A DNA stretch of 64,000 nt from the NCBI GenBank assembly GCA_030390025.1, contig CM059446.1:5952001-6016000 (forward strand), given 5' to 3'. Positions 1-12,765 of the stretch are shown here, one piece after another. The notes beneath the pieces are model-generated. The model searched no databases. It saw only the letters and a list, made by a program, of their open reading frames with translations, and had not been told where the DNA came from. Both the position numbers and the translations under genes were made by a program. Source of the stretch: Squalus acanthias (taxonomy: Eukaryota). Positions within the stretch are counted from its first letter, which is position 1, and every line of letters starts with the position of its first letter.

Positions 1-24
1 TTCTCCGTGAGTGACAAGCAAAGT
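1..24 (+). CDS. CDH23: Cadherin-23 coding exon, 3' end only (FSVSDKQS); exon begins upstream of the window
   Basis: TTC TCC GTG AGT GAC AAG CAA AGT followed by a consensus donor gtaagt at 25-30. Resembles mammalian CDH23 EC1 'FSVSDHQG' and joins in phase 0 to the exon at 7722. Confidence 0.8.
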
Positions 25-861
25 GTAAGTAATGATTTGTTTGCCTCTGAATTAGAGACTTGAGCAGTTTAACTTCCTTGACTCTTCCCTCATGTAAGGA
101 AGAAATGCTCATTCCTTCTGTGGATGAGCTCAGTATGATTACGGTGCGATCCTTGAAGAAGCGACTTGATAAGCTGAAGTGGTGGGGGAAGAACACTGGG
201 TTAGTTAGTTTGCCAAGTGATGCACCACGGGGTAAACATGGTCTTCTGCAGCTTGCTTGATTGAAGGAATTTGGGTGTTAATTTTACCACTGGTTGCCCC
301 TGAAATTGGCCTCTTTTTTTCCTTCTTTTCCCCTCTGTTTATTGGCCTGCCCCAGGTGTTAGCATTACTAAGAGCTGGGGAGGGTGATGCCCAAGGTTGT
401 CCTGTTTACTGGGTAAGTTGTGCGTTGATAGGCCTGATGGTCTTTTCTTGACCTCCTTATGATCTGTTCTCATCGTCCCAGCAGCGCATTAGTCCAACAA
501 CCCATTGTGGTGTTAGGTTGGCCTCTACGGTATGACTTTAGAACTCTTGGAGGAAAATACAGAGTTTGGTAAACTGATCACATGATGGAGAAGGATTAGG
601 AAGGCTGTGTCCCACATCTAACTCATCTATCCTGAAAGAGCCGACAGTTCCCCCACCTCACAGCATCCAGCTATTCCTTGACTGTTTCCAGGGTTTTTTT
701 CCTGCCCTAACTAGCAGTCTTCAAAGTCCGAAATAAACGTTTACACAATCCTGCGAGAGGCAATTACAAATAGCGTATTGCAGAAACCGCAGTACAAAAG
801 AGAAAAAAATCAACGCCCTTTCAAAAGTGCGAAACTGCTTCTGGTAGATGTGGATCCATAA

Positions 862-1420
862 ATTGCCAGGCAATGACTATCTCCAACAAGCGAGAGTCCA
901 ACCACATCCCCATGTCATTCAACGCCATTACCATCGCCGAATCCCCCACCATCAACATCCTGGGGGGGTCACCATTGACCAGAAACTTAAACCGGACCAG
1001 CCACATAAATACTGTGGCAACAAGAGCAGGTCAGAGGCTGGGTATTCTGCGGCGAGTGTCTCACCACCTGACTCCCCAAAGCCTTTCCACCATCTACAAG
1101 GCACAAGTCAGGAGTGTGATGGAATACTCTCCACTTGCCTGGATGAGTGCAGCTCCAACAACACTCAAAAAGCTCGACACCATCCAGGACAAAGCAGCCT
1201 GTTTGATTGGCACCCCATCCACCACCTTAAACGTTCACTCCCTCCACCACCGGCGCACCGTGGCTGCAGTGTGTACCATCTACAAAATGTGGGAGTACCT
1301 TCACCACACGGACTGCAGCGGTTCAAGAAGGCGGCTCACCACCACCTTCTCAAGGGGCAATTAGGGATGGACAATAAATGCTGGCGACGCCCACATCCCA
1401 TAAACGAATATATAAAAAAA
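862..1420 (+). mobile_element. LINE 3' fragment (CR1/L2 supergroup, called 'family X' here), internally deleted
   Basis: ORF 873-1364 encodes a LINE ORF2 C-terminus (YKAQVRSVMEYSPLAW). Its 3' end ...caagggcaattagggatgg...cccacatccca plus an A-tail recurs many times in the window. Confidence 0.85.
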
Positions 1421-2979
1421 AATCCCGCTTCCCTTGTTGTTCTGGAGTACACAGCTTTTTCACGATGGGGTGGAATTTAGGTCAATGGTGACTGCTCCAC
1501 GGCTGTGCTAAATGCCGTGTTTACGACTTTTTTTGGCCGTAGACGTTTCCAGATGTAGTGAGAACATCTGCAAGAAATGCTTGGCTCGCCCGGTACAGGT
1601 TGGTCAGCACTCGTTCTGCTGTATATTGTTACACGAGTTCAGGTCAACATTTTTCTGGGGGTGACCAAATGAAGGCAGAATACAATGGCCTCCTTCTGTG
1701 CTGTGTATCATTCTATGATGAGAGCAGTGTTCATTGTCTGTGAAAGTTATTCATTACTCGATTTAATTATTCAGGCCGCTAAGGGTGTCCGCCTGGATAT
1801 AGAAAAGCTATGCTTCAAGCGGCCTGATGCAGCATCCCTTCGAAATGTTGGATTGGGAGATTAATAAGAGAGCAACCCTGAGCTGACACCAGGGGACCGT
1901 GACATACCAAGCAACATGCATGACGTTCATTTACTGCTGTCACACCTATAAGACAGCATTTTTACATCAAAATAGATTGTTCTCTGCAGATTGCAGTAAA
2001 GGTTTGGTAAAGAAAACGCAAGATATTGAAATCTAAATAGGATTCTGTAAATTTCTACTGACCAGGAAGTTTTTGGCAAACACTGAACTCGATATAGTAC
2101 AGAGTTATAAAACGTACAGCTTCCCCCCACTCAGCCAATTAGCATTGCATATTCCATTCTTTTCAGCAAATTTATTGATTTGCAGAACTGAATTGGACTG
2201 CATTTGTCAAAGAGTCGCCAAGGAAAAGCGTGTAAACAAGGAGAGCAAATCTATTCAGTTGCGTTAGGATTTCAGTCAAAAGAAAAAACAGTTTCAGTTA
2301 ACGCAGCCATTTTGGGTGAATCTGTGAGGAGATTCCAGGGATCATGGATTTGTCGACTCGGTATATTATTCGTGCAACCAATACAATTACTTTTCCGCAA
2401 CAAAGATGTTGTTTTCCATCTGACCCTTTTGGAAGTTGAGTGGTCCCTGGGAATTTGTGGAGGGGCCCCGGAACCATTCCCATATTTGTAGGAGGTCTAC
2501 TGGAATGTGCCAATATTCCAATCGAACAGTGGTGGAAAATCACACACTGTCCCTTTCTGACTATTTCCAATGTTGTTAAGTATCGCCGAGTGACTTCCTC
2601 TGCTCTGCAGGAGTTTGATTGCACAAAGCGGGACAGCACTCGTTTTGGTAAACCCGTCTTTATTGTATTTTAAGTCAATTATTTACCTCGGTAAAACTCA
2701 GCCAAGTCTTTGGCGCTGGTCTGGATATTATTTGGTCTCAAACACATTACTCTACCCGGTAGATTTATGACTATGTCCTGCCTCTGGAAATCCCTCTTCC
2801 TTTGAAAGGCCTCCCAAAAAGATAAGTACCCTTTCGCCATGCTTTTGCTTCCCTGAACCAGTCTGTTCCCATTTTCCCTTCTGCCCCGTCTACACTTTTT
2901 TGTTCCCTGTCCTCTCCGAGACAGCCTTGGGGGTTGGCAGTTGAAATCGCCCGTGGGACTTGACCTGCTGGGGAACCTG

Positions 2980-3275
2980 CTCTCATCCTTGTTTTCAAAT
3001 CCCTCCATGGCCCATATCTCTCTGTAACCTCCTCCAGCCCCACAACCCTCCAAGATCTCTGCGCTCCTCCAATTTTGGCTGCTTGCGCATCCCCCGATTT
3101 TAATCGCGCCACCATTGGCGGTCGTGCCTTCAGCTGGCGAGGCCCTAAGCTCTTGAATTCCCTCCCCAAATATCTCCGCCTCTCTACCTCTCTCTCCTCC
3201 TTTAAGACGTTCGTTAAAACCTACCTCTTTGACCGAGCTTTTGGTCACCTGTCCTAATATCTCAATATGTGGCTC
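2980..3275 (+). mobile_element. L2-type LINE 3' fragment
   Basis: Encodes TIGGRAFSWRGPKLLNSLP...FKTFVKTYLF, the L2 ORF2 C-terminus; homologous to the element at 29256-30537. Confidence 0.8.
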
Positions 3276-3791
3276 TTCTGCATGTGCGAGCGGGTCACCT
3301 GTCGGAAACCACCAGGGGCCGCCTTTAAATATGCAGATTGAGCTCTGGTGATGTCAGTGGGGCCCAACTGCTCCCTGAGACAGAGGCCTGTGCACAAAAG
3401 CTGTTGTGGCTTTCCCGCCACGCTAACCTAGCAAGAGAAGAGTTCGGGGTCAGAAAAGGTCCAAAAAGATGAGTGCCTTTATTTTTCTTGACTTTCCGTG
3501 CGGGGTCAGAAGTAGCAGGAGTGTGACTATAATTAGTCTCTGTGTGAGCATGGTATGTGATCAGTGCTGCTCGTTGCTGTGTTTCCTGAGCTGCTCTCCT
3601 CCCTTGTTCTATGCGAGAAACACCTGGGATTGGATTCAGTAATGAGCAGCGTGATCTGTTTGGCTAACTTACTCTTACCGCGGGCACCTGTCTGGGCTTT
3701 GGCACTGTATGGCCAGGCTGATTGAGCATAACTTGCATGTTGCAGAAGATGCTCTTATTTCAGTCTGAGCTGGTGCGTTGTCGCAGTCATC

Positions 3792-4170
3792 ACATAGAAA
3801 CATAGAAGATAGGAGCAGGAGTAGGCCATTCGGCCCCTCGAGCCTGCTCCGCCATTTAATGAGATCATGGCTGATCATCCAAATTCAGTACCCTGTCCCT
3901 GCTTTCTCCCCATATCCCTTGATCCCTTTAGCCTTAAGAAATATATCTAACTCCTTCTTGAATATATTTAATGAATTGGCCTCCACTGCCTTGTGTGGTC
4001 GAGAATTCCACAGGTTCACCACTCTCTGGGTGAAGAAATTCCTCCTCATCTCAGTCCTAAATGGCTTACCCCTTATCCTTAGACTGTGCCCCCTGGTTCT
4101 GGACTCCCCCACCATCGGGAACAGCCTTCCTGCATCTAGTCTGTCTAGTCCTGTTAGAATTTTATAAGTT
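3792..4170 (-). mobile_element. CR1 LINE 3' fragment
   Basis: ORF 3885-4115 (TRGHSLRIRGKPFRTEMRRNFFTQRVVNLWNS); 3' tail with (tttctatg)n repeat. Confidence 0.9.
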
Positions 4171-4389
4171 TCATCAAGACCAGTCGTGATGGCCTCCAGT
4201 GACTCTCAAATCAAATAACCCAATTATTCTTTCCTCATCCACGGTCAGGGGCTTCAGCTGTGAAGGGTCACCCGGTCTGTGGCAGCCTCTGCTCTCTTGC
4301 TGTGTGCCAGCTTAGCCTGCAAATATAAGAGGAGAGTGGTTACAGTCATGCATCATGACAGCACCTTGCGCTGCAGTTTTCTCTCAAGG

Positions 4390-4790
4390 ATTATGTCGAA
4401 TTTACAGCATAAAAACAGGCCATTCTGTGCCGGCGTTTCTGCTCCACACGAGCCTCCTCCCACCCTACTTCATCTCACCCCGTCAGCATATTCATTTCCT
4501 TTCTCCAGCTTCCCCTTAAATGTATTTGAACTCTTCGCCTCGACCACTCCGTGGTAGCGAGTTCCACATTCTCAACACACTCTGGGTAAAGAAGTTTCTC
4601 CTGAATTCCCTATTGGATTTATGAGTGACTATCTCATACTTACGGTCCCTTAGTTTTAGAACTCCTCCACAAGTGGAAACATCTTCTCCACGTCTACCCT
4701 ATCCAACCCCTTCATAATCTTGAAGACCCCTATCGGGTCACCCCTCAGCCTTCTCTTTTCTAGAGAAAAGAACCCCAGCCTGTTCAGTCT
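4390..4790 (-). mobile_element. CR1 LINE 3' fragment
   Basis: Reverse complement of a CR1 ORF2 end and 3' UTR; same subfamily as 13585-14010 and 21735-22605. Confidence 0.8.
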
Positions 4791-5384
4791 TCCATCCTAC
4801 ATCCAACAGCACTAAAGGTCAGTGTCTGGACATTGTTATGGATATAGATGTTTGCCTTCAAGAAATTGCCTCAGCTGATAAGTCTCTTTCAAGTGGAGGT
4901 AATGTCAAAACACTTTGTTTTCAGACTGTCACCTACTTCCATGTATTTCACATTTTACAGTGCTACATAACTTTTATTGATTAATGTTCCATCACACTTT
5001 CTTGCAGCATACATATCACACTGACAGTTCCCTGATGTGGACAGATATGAATTCCATTAACACTCATGCCATTGTAAAATCCTCTTCCACTTCTGACACT
5101 CTTCTTTAGATCTTGTATCTTCTGGCGAGATCGGAAAGATCACTGAGACAGAGATCACTTATTGGCAGTTTCCAGCCGTGCCTTTTTTCTCTTCTGTGGC
5201 CCTCCTGCATTGTGAAATGAGATTGCTTTTCTGCGCAGAACACTGTCCAATAGGACATCCATGCCGTTGTATTAATGCTTCTCTGCGTTTGTCTCGGCTT
5301 AATTCCTGATGCGTCCACTGTTTAAATACTTTCATTGCCTTCATATTGTTTGTGCAGTATCCGACACTCATTAATTTAGCTGCT

Positions 5385-5715
5385 TATCCTCTCCCTATCT
5401 CTGTAACCTCCTCCAGCCCTACAACCCTCCGAGATCTCTGCGCTCCTCCAATTCTGGCCTCTTGAGCATCCCCGTTTTTTCCTTGCTCCACCAGTGGCGG
5501 CCGTGCCTTCAGCTGCCTGGGCCCTAGGCTCTGGAATTCCCTCCCTAAACCTCTCTGCCTCTCCTCCTTTAAGACGCTCCTTAAAACCTGCCTCTTTGAC
5601 CAAGCTTTTGGTCACCTTGTCCTAACATCTCGTGTGGCTCGGTGTCGAATTTTGTTTGATAATCGCTCCCGTGAAGCGCCCTGGGACGTTTTGCTGTATA
5701 AATGCAAGTTGTTGC
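5385..5715 (+). mobile_element. L2-type LINE 3' end
   Basis: Recurrent L2 tail ending tataaatgcaagttgttg. Confidence 0.85.
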
Positions 5716-6109
5716 TTTCTGATTCGTTGCTTCCTGTTTGTCCATTTAAGTGAGCCTTGTGACGATGAATTCCCCCCCCCCCCCCCCCCCCTCCTTACTA
5801 AACTGGAGGAGTCCATCACCGCTATTTTAATATCAAAAACTTGCACCCTCCTCATTTTTACCATGCTGATCATATGCCAGTTTATAATTGGTGTAATTCC
5901 CTCAATAGCCCTTTGCTGGTGATGTAAGCAAGCCAGGACAGTGATGACATTTATTGTCGAATGCAACAATTTGAGAAACGTGAAGCAGACCTGTACCAGG
6001 TGATCAAAGACTCTACTGGGTCACGGGGTTGGGGTTTGTGGAGCTGTTTCTCTCGATTTAAAAAAAAAAGACACTCGAGTCTTGAACTGTTCTTGGAATC
6101 ATTATGTAA

Positions 6110-6830
6110 ACATAGAATCATTGAAATTTACAGTACAGAAGGAGGCCATTCGGCCCATCGTGTCTGTGCCGGTCGAAAAAGAGCTCTCCAGCCTAATCCC
6201 ACTTTCCAGCTCTTGGTCCGTAGCCCTGTAGGTTACGGCACTTCAAGTGCATATCCAAGTACTTTTTAAATGCGATGAGGGTTTCTGCCTCTACCACCCT
6301 TTCAGGCAGTGAGTTCCAGACCCCCACCGCCCTCTGGGTGAAAAAAGTTCTCCTCAACTCCCCTCTAATCCTTCTACCAATTACTTTAAATCTATGCCCC
6401 CTGGTTATTGACCCTTCTGCTAAGGGAAACAGGTCCTTCCTATCCACTCTATCTAGGCCCCTCATAATTTTATACACCTCAATTAAATCTTTCCTCAGCC
6501 TCCTCTGTTCCAAAGAAAACAACCCCAGCCTATCCAATCTTTCCTCACAACTGAAATTCTCGAATCCTGGCAACATCCTCGTAAATCTCCTCTGCACCCT
6601 CTCTCTAATCACATCCTTCCTGTAATGCGGTGACCAGAACTGTGTGCAGTATTCTAGCTGTGGCCTAACTAGTGTTTTATGCAGTTTAAGCATAACCTCC
6701 CTGCTCTTATATTCTATGCCACGGCTAATAAAGGCAAGTATCCTGCATGCCGCCTTAACGACCTTATCTACCTGTCCTGCTACCTCCAGGGATCTGTGGA
6801 CGGGCACTCCAAGTCCCTCTGGTCCTCTAC
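6110..6830 (-). mobile_element. CR1 LINE 3' fragment
   Basis: ORF 6193-6807 (LVRPQLEYCTQFWSPHYRKD...TRGHRFK...FFTQRAVGVWNSLP). Confidence 0.92.
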
Positions 6831-7721
6831 ACTTGTGCTAGAGAGAAGTTAACCTTTATTTGTGCTGCTTTTCCCAGTTGCCGCTGCTAATCGTCGAATC
6901 ATACGGCCCAGAAGGTGGCCATTCCGCCCCTCGTGCCTGTGCCACTAATGAGCAATTGATGCAAGATTTGGGGATCGTCTTCTCATCGACTTAAAAATAA
7001 TCTTTCTAAAATAAATCCTCCTAAGCTGGTGTTCAAACAGAACTACGTTTAAAAAAAAAATGATGTGCCTATCCCAGCAAATGTGATTTTTATGTGTGAA
7101 ATTCTAGTCCATAAATACACTCATGCTGGTTTTTTTTAAGCTGGTAATAGTATTTGGAATCCCTGGTTTAAAACTGAACAAACTGACCATAATAATGAAT
7201 AGAGATGACATGGGGTAATAAATATTGATGTGGTCTGAATATTGCATGGGGCGAGATTCCTTCCCTGGACTATTTTGAACGAAACAATTTGAAGTCCCTT
7301 TTGGCATGGCTCTGCTCAGTGCAAGTTTAACTACTCCAGTGAAATATTAAATGTACCTGCGTTTCATCAGTGTTCCTGAAGTATGATGTGCCTGATTGTG
7401 GTTAGTTGTACTGATTAGATATACAAGATCAGAGCTGGTTGCACAGTGAGTGATCTACATGAATTAATCAAGCTATTTCACACTTAGCATAATGCATATT
7501 GATTAGTTCATTGCACAATGCTTTTCTATTTTTGGTTGGGGGACAGGATAAGGCAAGAATCTCAAATGACAGCTTAATGAATGCAAAAGCACTTGCCAAA
7601 AAGCGACACTACTTTTTAGTAAGGTGGAGGAATCCATCAATGTCCAATGTTCATCTGATTCATTCATAATTAAATGAAATGTTGCACAATTTCTAAACCT
7701 TTCTTGACTCTTCCTTCACAG

Positions 7722-7814
7722 GTGATTAAAGGCATTGTCAATATTCAAGTAGGTGATGTCAATGATAATCCACCAGTGTTCCACAACCAGCCATACAGTG
7801 TCCGAATCCCGGAG
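7722..7814 (+). CDS. CDH23: Cadherin-23 coding exon, 93 nt (VIKGIVNIQVGDVNDNPPVFHNQPYSVRIPE), EC1/EC2 linker
   Basis: Polypyrimidine tract plus cag acceptor (ttccttcacag) and gtaggt donor. Contains the cadherin DxNDNxP motif and is nearly identical to recalled mammalian VNIQVGDVNDNAPTFHNQPYSVRIPE. Confidence 0.95.
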
Positions 7815-7979
7815 GTAGGTGCCCAACTTGAGAAGGAACCTTGTATTAAAACCAATCATTGCCTCGCCTTTTGAGTAATTTACCGGGAGTCCACGAGGTC
7901 CTGGGATTTCTGTCCGTCAGAGGCAGGGTGCTGTCTTGAGAATTCTGTTTATTTTTTTTATTCTGTATTAACTCATCGA

Positions 7980-8345
7980 GTGGCAGCTTGACACATTGGT
8001 AGCACTCTTGCTTCTGAGTCAGAAGACTGTGGATTCGTGCCCCACTGCTGAACGCAAACCCGATAACTTAGGCCAGCACTCCAGTGCAGCGCCGAGGGAG
8101 TGCTGCATTGTTAGAGGTGGCATCCTACAGCTGAGATGTTCTGGTGGATTAAATGGACACGATATCAAATGGCCCTATTTACAGAAGATTCTTCTGGCGC
8201 ATAAGTCAACATTCCCCCTTCAGCCAACACCACCGAAAACAGATTAAATGGTTGTTCATCTCATTGCTATTTCTGGAGTTTATAGTGTGGAAAAATGGAT
8301 GTCAGGTTTACCCATTTAACATCTACAGTTGTTATTTAATTCCAT
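7980..8345 (+). mobile_element. Degenerate DeuSINE (SacSINE1-like)
   Basis: Diverged match to the tRNA-like head (tggtagcactcttgcttctgagtcagaag) and core of the intact copies. Confidence 0.6.
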
Positions 8346-8604
8346 GACAACTGCCTGGGGGCATTTGAGAGATGTGATAATGAGCTCGTTCTTCCTAGAA
8401 TGTTCTTTTGCTGTATTCACTACCTTTGGGAAATTCAGATCGGAGGTGCCTGGTAGACGGACAATATTTACGGGGTCCCAGAAGAGTGCCACTGTTTTCA
8501 GAGGGTCCTGAGTGTGTGGCAATATTTGCAGGGGGTTCCCCCACAAATAAAAGTTTGACGACCACTGATTTATTTTACGCACACAACTGTTTATCCGGAA
8601 GCCC

Positions 8605-8980
8605 TCGATTTTAAAAATTCTCATCCTTGCGTTCAAATCCCATCCGCCTTTCCCTATCTCTGTGACCTCCCTCCGGCCCTACAACGCTCCGAGAACTCTG
8701 TGCTCCTCGTGCGCATCCCTGGTTTTCATCGTTCCACCATTGGCGGCCGTGCCTTCAGCTGCCTGGGGCCCTAAGCTTTGGAATTCTCTCCCTAAACCTC
8801 TCCGCCTATCTCTCCTCCTTTTAAGACGCTCCTTAAAACCTGCCTCTTTGACCAAGCTTTTGGTCACCTGTCCTAATATCTCCTTATGTGGCTCGGTGTC
8901 AAATTTTGTTTGATAATCGCTCCTGTGAAGCGCCTTGGGACGTTTTACTATGTTAAGGGCGCTATATAAATGCAAGTTGT
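8605..8980 (+). mobile_element. L2-type LINE 3' end
   Basis: Tail ...gggcgctatataaatgcaagttgtcg. Confidence 0.85.
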
Positions 8981-9052
8981 CGTAGGTCAGCCCTCAGATT
9001 ATGTCATGAACCAAATCTATACTAAAATATTAATTTTACTTCTGGGCTTTAA

Positions 9053-9737
9053 GGGGGAAAAATTCGGTTGCTTTGTGCCTCCCGTTAGTGCCCTAAGAGG
9101 GCGCAAAACAACTAACGCCCGGGCACGGCGCAGCCAACACCTCCCGCGAAATTCACCGGGAGGTTCGTGGCAGCAGTAACCGTTAGCGCCCCGCGGCGCT
9201 GCGCCCCGGCCGCGATCTTCGGTAGCGCCCCCTGACTTACCGCCGGACGCTATGTCCGACGGGGCCGGGGGGGCCAACCTGCGGCCGGGGCGGCGCAAAT
9301 TAAAGGTGAGGTGCCGGGCAGCCATTTTTGTTGCTGGCCGCCTGCCAGCACCTGCCACCGTTGCCGTTCCCGGCATCCTGAACCGCCGCCACACCCCCCG
9401 CGGAGTGCCGGCTGCTCTCCGTGAGCCCGGCACTTCTCGAGTGCCGGGCTCTTTTGCCGGCACTCCGATCCTTGGTGGCCCAGCTGGGCCCCGGGTTGTG
9501 CTGCGTAAGGCCCTTCCCCTTTAAGAAGGGGAGGAAGGCCTGTAGTACCGCGGCGCGATGTCACGCGCTGTGGCACTTAGCGCCGCGATATTCCCTCGCA
9601 GTGCCCCAAGAGGGAGGCGGGGTGCTTCCAGTAGCGCCCCGCTTCCCTCTTGGGGCGCTACCGATGAATTTCGGCCGCGGGGATGCTAATTTTGCGAAGT
9701 TAGCGCCCCAAAGGGGGCGCGACTCAATTTTCCCCCC
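9053..9737. mobile_element. GC/CpG-rich MITE, PIF/Harbinger-like
   Basis: Terminal inverted repeats gggggaaaaatt / aattttcccccc flanked by taa (9050-9052 and 9738-9740). No coding capacity. Related copy at 58069-58886. Confidence 0.75.
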
Positions 9738-11249
9738 TAAGTGTTTAATGTAAGCTTAGTCAGAAAAAGAAACAGTTCATTGTTTCAAGTGTTAAAAATG
9801 TTGATGCTTTTTTTGTAGAGACTTTTATGTTTTATTGTTGGTTTTGTGGGAGCGGAGCTATACCTGGTGTAAGCCCCTTGCTGATTCTCCGCCCACCCAG
9901 TGCTGTACCCCCTCAGGTGCTGGGCAGAAGTGAAGCGTCTTACCTGGAGGCAATTTCTAAAATCAATTTTTTTTTTTTAAAGTTGCTCCTTGCTGTTGCC
10001 AAGACACGGAGCATTAGCAAGTTTACATTTCTGTCTGCGATTATTGAGCACTTGTTATTGGCTGCTGTTTTTAAGTGGAGAAGTGGCCCAAATCGATTGC
10101 CTGGATTGTGTCCAGAAGGCACAAGATTTCAACAAGGTTGTATCGATGAGAATAGATTTGAGTTACAAAATTAAGGTAGCAGTGTTTGTAAATTCCTGCG
10201 GGATTATAAATTATTCAAGAGCCCAGCAACCACTTGCCCGTTAAGAGCAAACACTGAAGTGATAAAATCATTCACGGCCAGACTGCTCAAAGTTAGCCGG
10301 CGTATATAATGTTTGTTTGAATGAATAGTTTACCATCGATTCAGTTTGAATATACTTCGCGTTCAGTTTGAATATACTTCGCGCACAGAAAGTTGAATGC
10401 ATTGCACATGAACCAAAAAGGCTCCTCCCGTTAGCTGGCTGGATTCTGGAAAGGATGACGAACGCCCTGGACTGATCGGAGGTGGCGATCCAGTGTAGGG
10501 GTGGGGTGACATCCTAAACCACAATAACACAAGCTGGAGCAGATTAACTGTCATCTGAGCCGTCTGATTAGATTACTGACTTCAGACTGCTGCGCTTTTC
10601 TTCAACGTAAAGAATTGAAAGTCGGAATGGTTGTGGGGATGGTTTTGTTCTGTTTTGGGAATCTTACGTTTCGTTGGCAAGGTTTCTGATGGCCAGGCGG
10701 AAGGCTCAGTAGAGGGAAGCTGGCCAGACAGTTTTAGATTTAACTATTTTGTGCAGAGGATGGTGAACATGCGGAATGGACTGTTCAGGGAGGCGGGTAT
10801 TGTTTGAAGAGGGCGGGAAATTAAGGAAGAGTTGGATATATCGGAGGGAATGGATGATTGAGAGCTATTAGGACCTGCCAGAGTGTTTTCTGGTCCTGTA
10901 CTTTGCATGTTTCTGTGCTTTCTGGCACTCTCCATGAAAGATTTATGATTACTATTGCAAGTTTAGTGAGAGAGGTTTTGTAGACTGTTAGTTACTTGAT
11001 GTGTATTCTCAATATGATGCACAATTAATACAGAAAAATAGCTCGCAATACAAGTCTACGTTTTTCTTTTTAGGGGAACAGCAGTAGATTTTCCAAACCA
11101 CTAGAGTTTCATCAAGATCATTATTGGAAGCTAACCTTTTTAAAAAAAAAAATGACGATACCTTGCTGAGCAATTTATAATATATTTAATTGTGAGAACA
11201 GCCCCAAATTCTCTCCTGCAATAAAATCAAAAACCTTCGCATTCCGCAC

Positions 11250-11790
11250 TGTCAGTTAGGCTCAGTTGGTGAAAATGTCATTTTGTGACTCGAGATTTGT
11301 GGGTTCAAGCCCCACTGGAGACTGGAGTCTGTGATCTAGCTTGACACGTTAGTGTAGTACTGAGAGCGCTGCATTGTTGGAGGTGCGTCGGCATGTTTTG
11401 GTGGCTCACGATGTTAACAACCCCACCTGGTGCGATATGAAAAAGTGCAAGGAGTCCTCCTGGTGCCCCCTGGCCCAATATTCCTCCCTCGACCAACACC
11501 ACACAAAGCAAATGAGCTGGAGTCTGTGATCTAGCTTGACAGGTTAGCGTAGTACTGAGAGAGTGCTGCATTGTTGGAGGTGCCAGATGGACTGCAGAGT
11601 GTTTGCTGGTCCACCAAAAACAGCAAATGAGCTGGTCCTTCATTTGTGAGATCTTGCTGTGCACAAAATGGCTGCCACATTTGCCTGGACAACAACAGTC
11701 GTTGCAATTCACTTCAAAGTACGTGAATGTGTGTGAAGCACTTTAGTTAGGTTCTGATTTGGTTAAGGTGCTGTGTGAATGCAAGGCTCT
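11250..11790 (+). mobile_element. Degenerate DeuSINE with internal duplication
   Basis: SINE head at about 11250-11310; the segment ctggagtctgtgatctagcttgaca...gttggaggtgc occurs twice (about 11322 and 11517). Confidence 0.6.
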
Positions 11791-12398
11791 CTTGTTGAGC
11801 CCATTGTCTATCCTTTCCCTTTCCATGGTTGTTGCATTTTTATGCTGAATATGTTGCTTGGGTTCAGCACCATCAGCCTATCGTGTAAAGGAATCAAGTT
11901 GTTGTACTTGGATGTACCACGTATCGCCATGTAATCTAGACATTAGTAGCAGTGGAATAACACTCTATCAGACCATGACTCAAGCTATAAACCACTAGAC
12001 AAATTTGTTGGAACATGTAAAATGGATAGAAGAACAGTACTCAGTACAAATGGTATATTTACCGGAATTACAAATTACTAATCTGAAAAGGTTAAACTTC
12101 AAAGATGCATGTTTTTGCACCAACCCTCAACACAACACAGACCCTTGAAACACAAGACTTATTTCCTTGGTTATTTGCTCCCATGGAACCCTCTGACTTA
12201 AATTCATAACCCTGCTGCCTTCAGACTGCCGAGTGAGCCGAGTGCAGGCAGCCAAATATAAAGCTGCAACCTGCAGTGCTGTCTGTCAAAAAGAATTCAT
12301 GACCTTGCTGACAAATCTGATGTGCATCGGATATAGCTGTCAATCTAATGTTATTTTATAAAGATCCCCCAATATGTCTTCACCTATTGTTCGTCTCC

Positions 12399-12765
12399 AA
12401 ACCCTTCCGCCGTTCGGCGCCAAGCCCTTCCGCCATTCGACGCCAGACCCTTCCGCCGTTCGACGCCAAACCCTTCCACCATTTGACGCCCAACCCTTCC
12501 ACCGTTCGACGCCAAGCCCTTCCGCCGTTCGACGCCAAGCCCTTCCGCCCTTCCGCCGTTCGACGCCCAGCCCTTCCGCCGTTCGACGCCCAGCCCTTCC
12601 GCCCTTCCGCCGTTCGACGCCCAGCCCTTCCGCCGTTCGGCGCCCAGCCCTTCCGCCGTTCGGCGCCCAGCCCTTCCGCCGTTCGGCGCCCAGCCCTTCC
12701 GCCGTTCGGCGCCCAGCCCTTCCGCCGTTCGGCGCCCAGCCCTTCCGCCGTTCGGCGCCGAGCCC
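12399..12765. repeat. 23-bp GC-rich minisatellite, about 16 units (gcccttccgccgttcggcgccca)
   Basis: Tandem array visible directly; ORF translations repeat every 23 aa (three units). Confidence 0.95.

Noticed and set aside
60-720. Possible ancient CR1 3' remnants next to the first exon
   Set aside because: Only faint resemblance; boundaries and family cannot be supported by eye.
9017-9753. GC-rich ORFs or CpG-island promoter
   Set aside because: Fully contained in a TIR-bounded MITE; the ORFs reflect high GC content.
10340-10383. Perfect 22-bp tandem duplication (ttcagtttgaatatacttcgcg twice)
   Set aside because: Isolated local duplication with no further structure.
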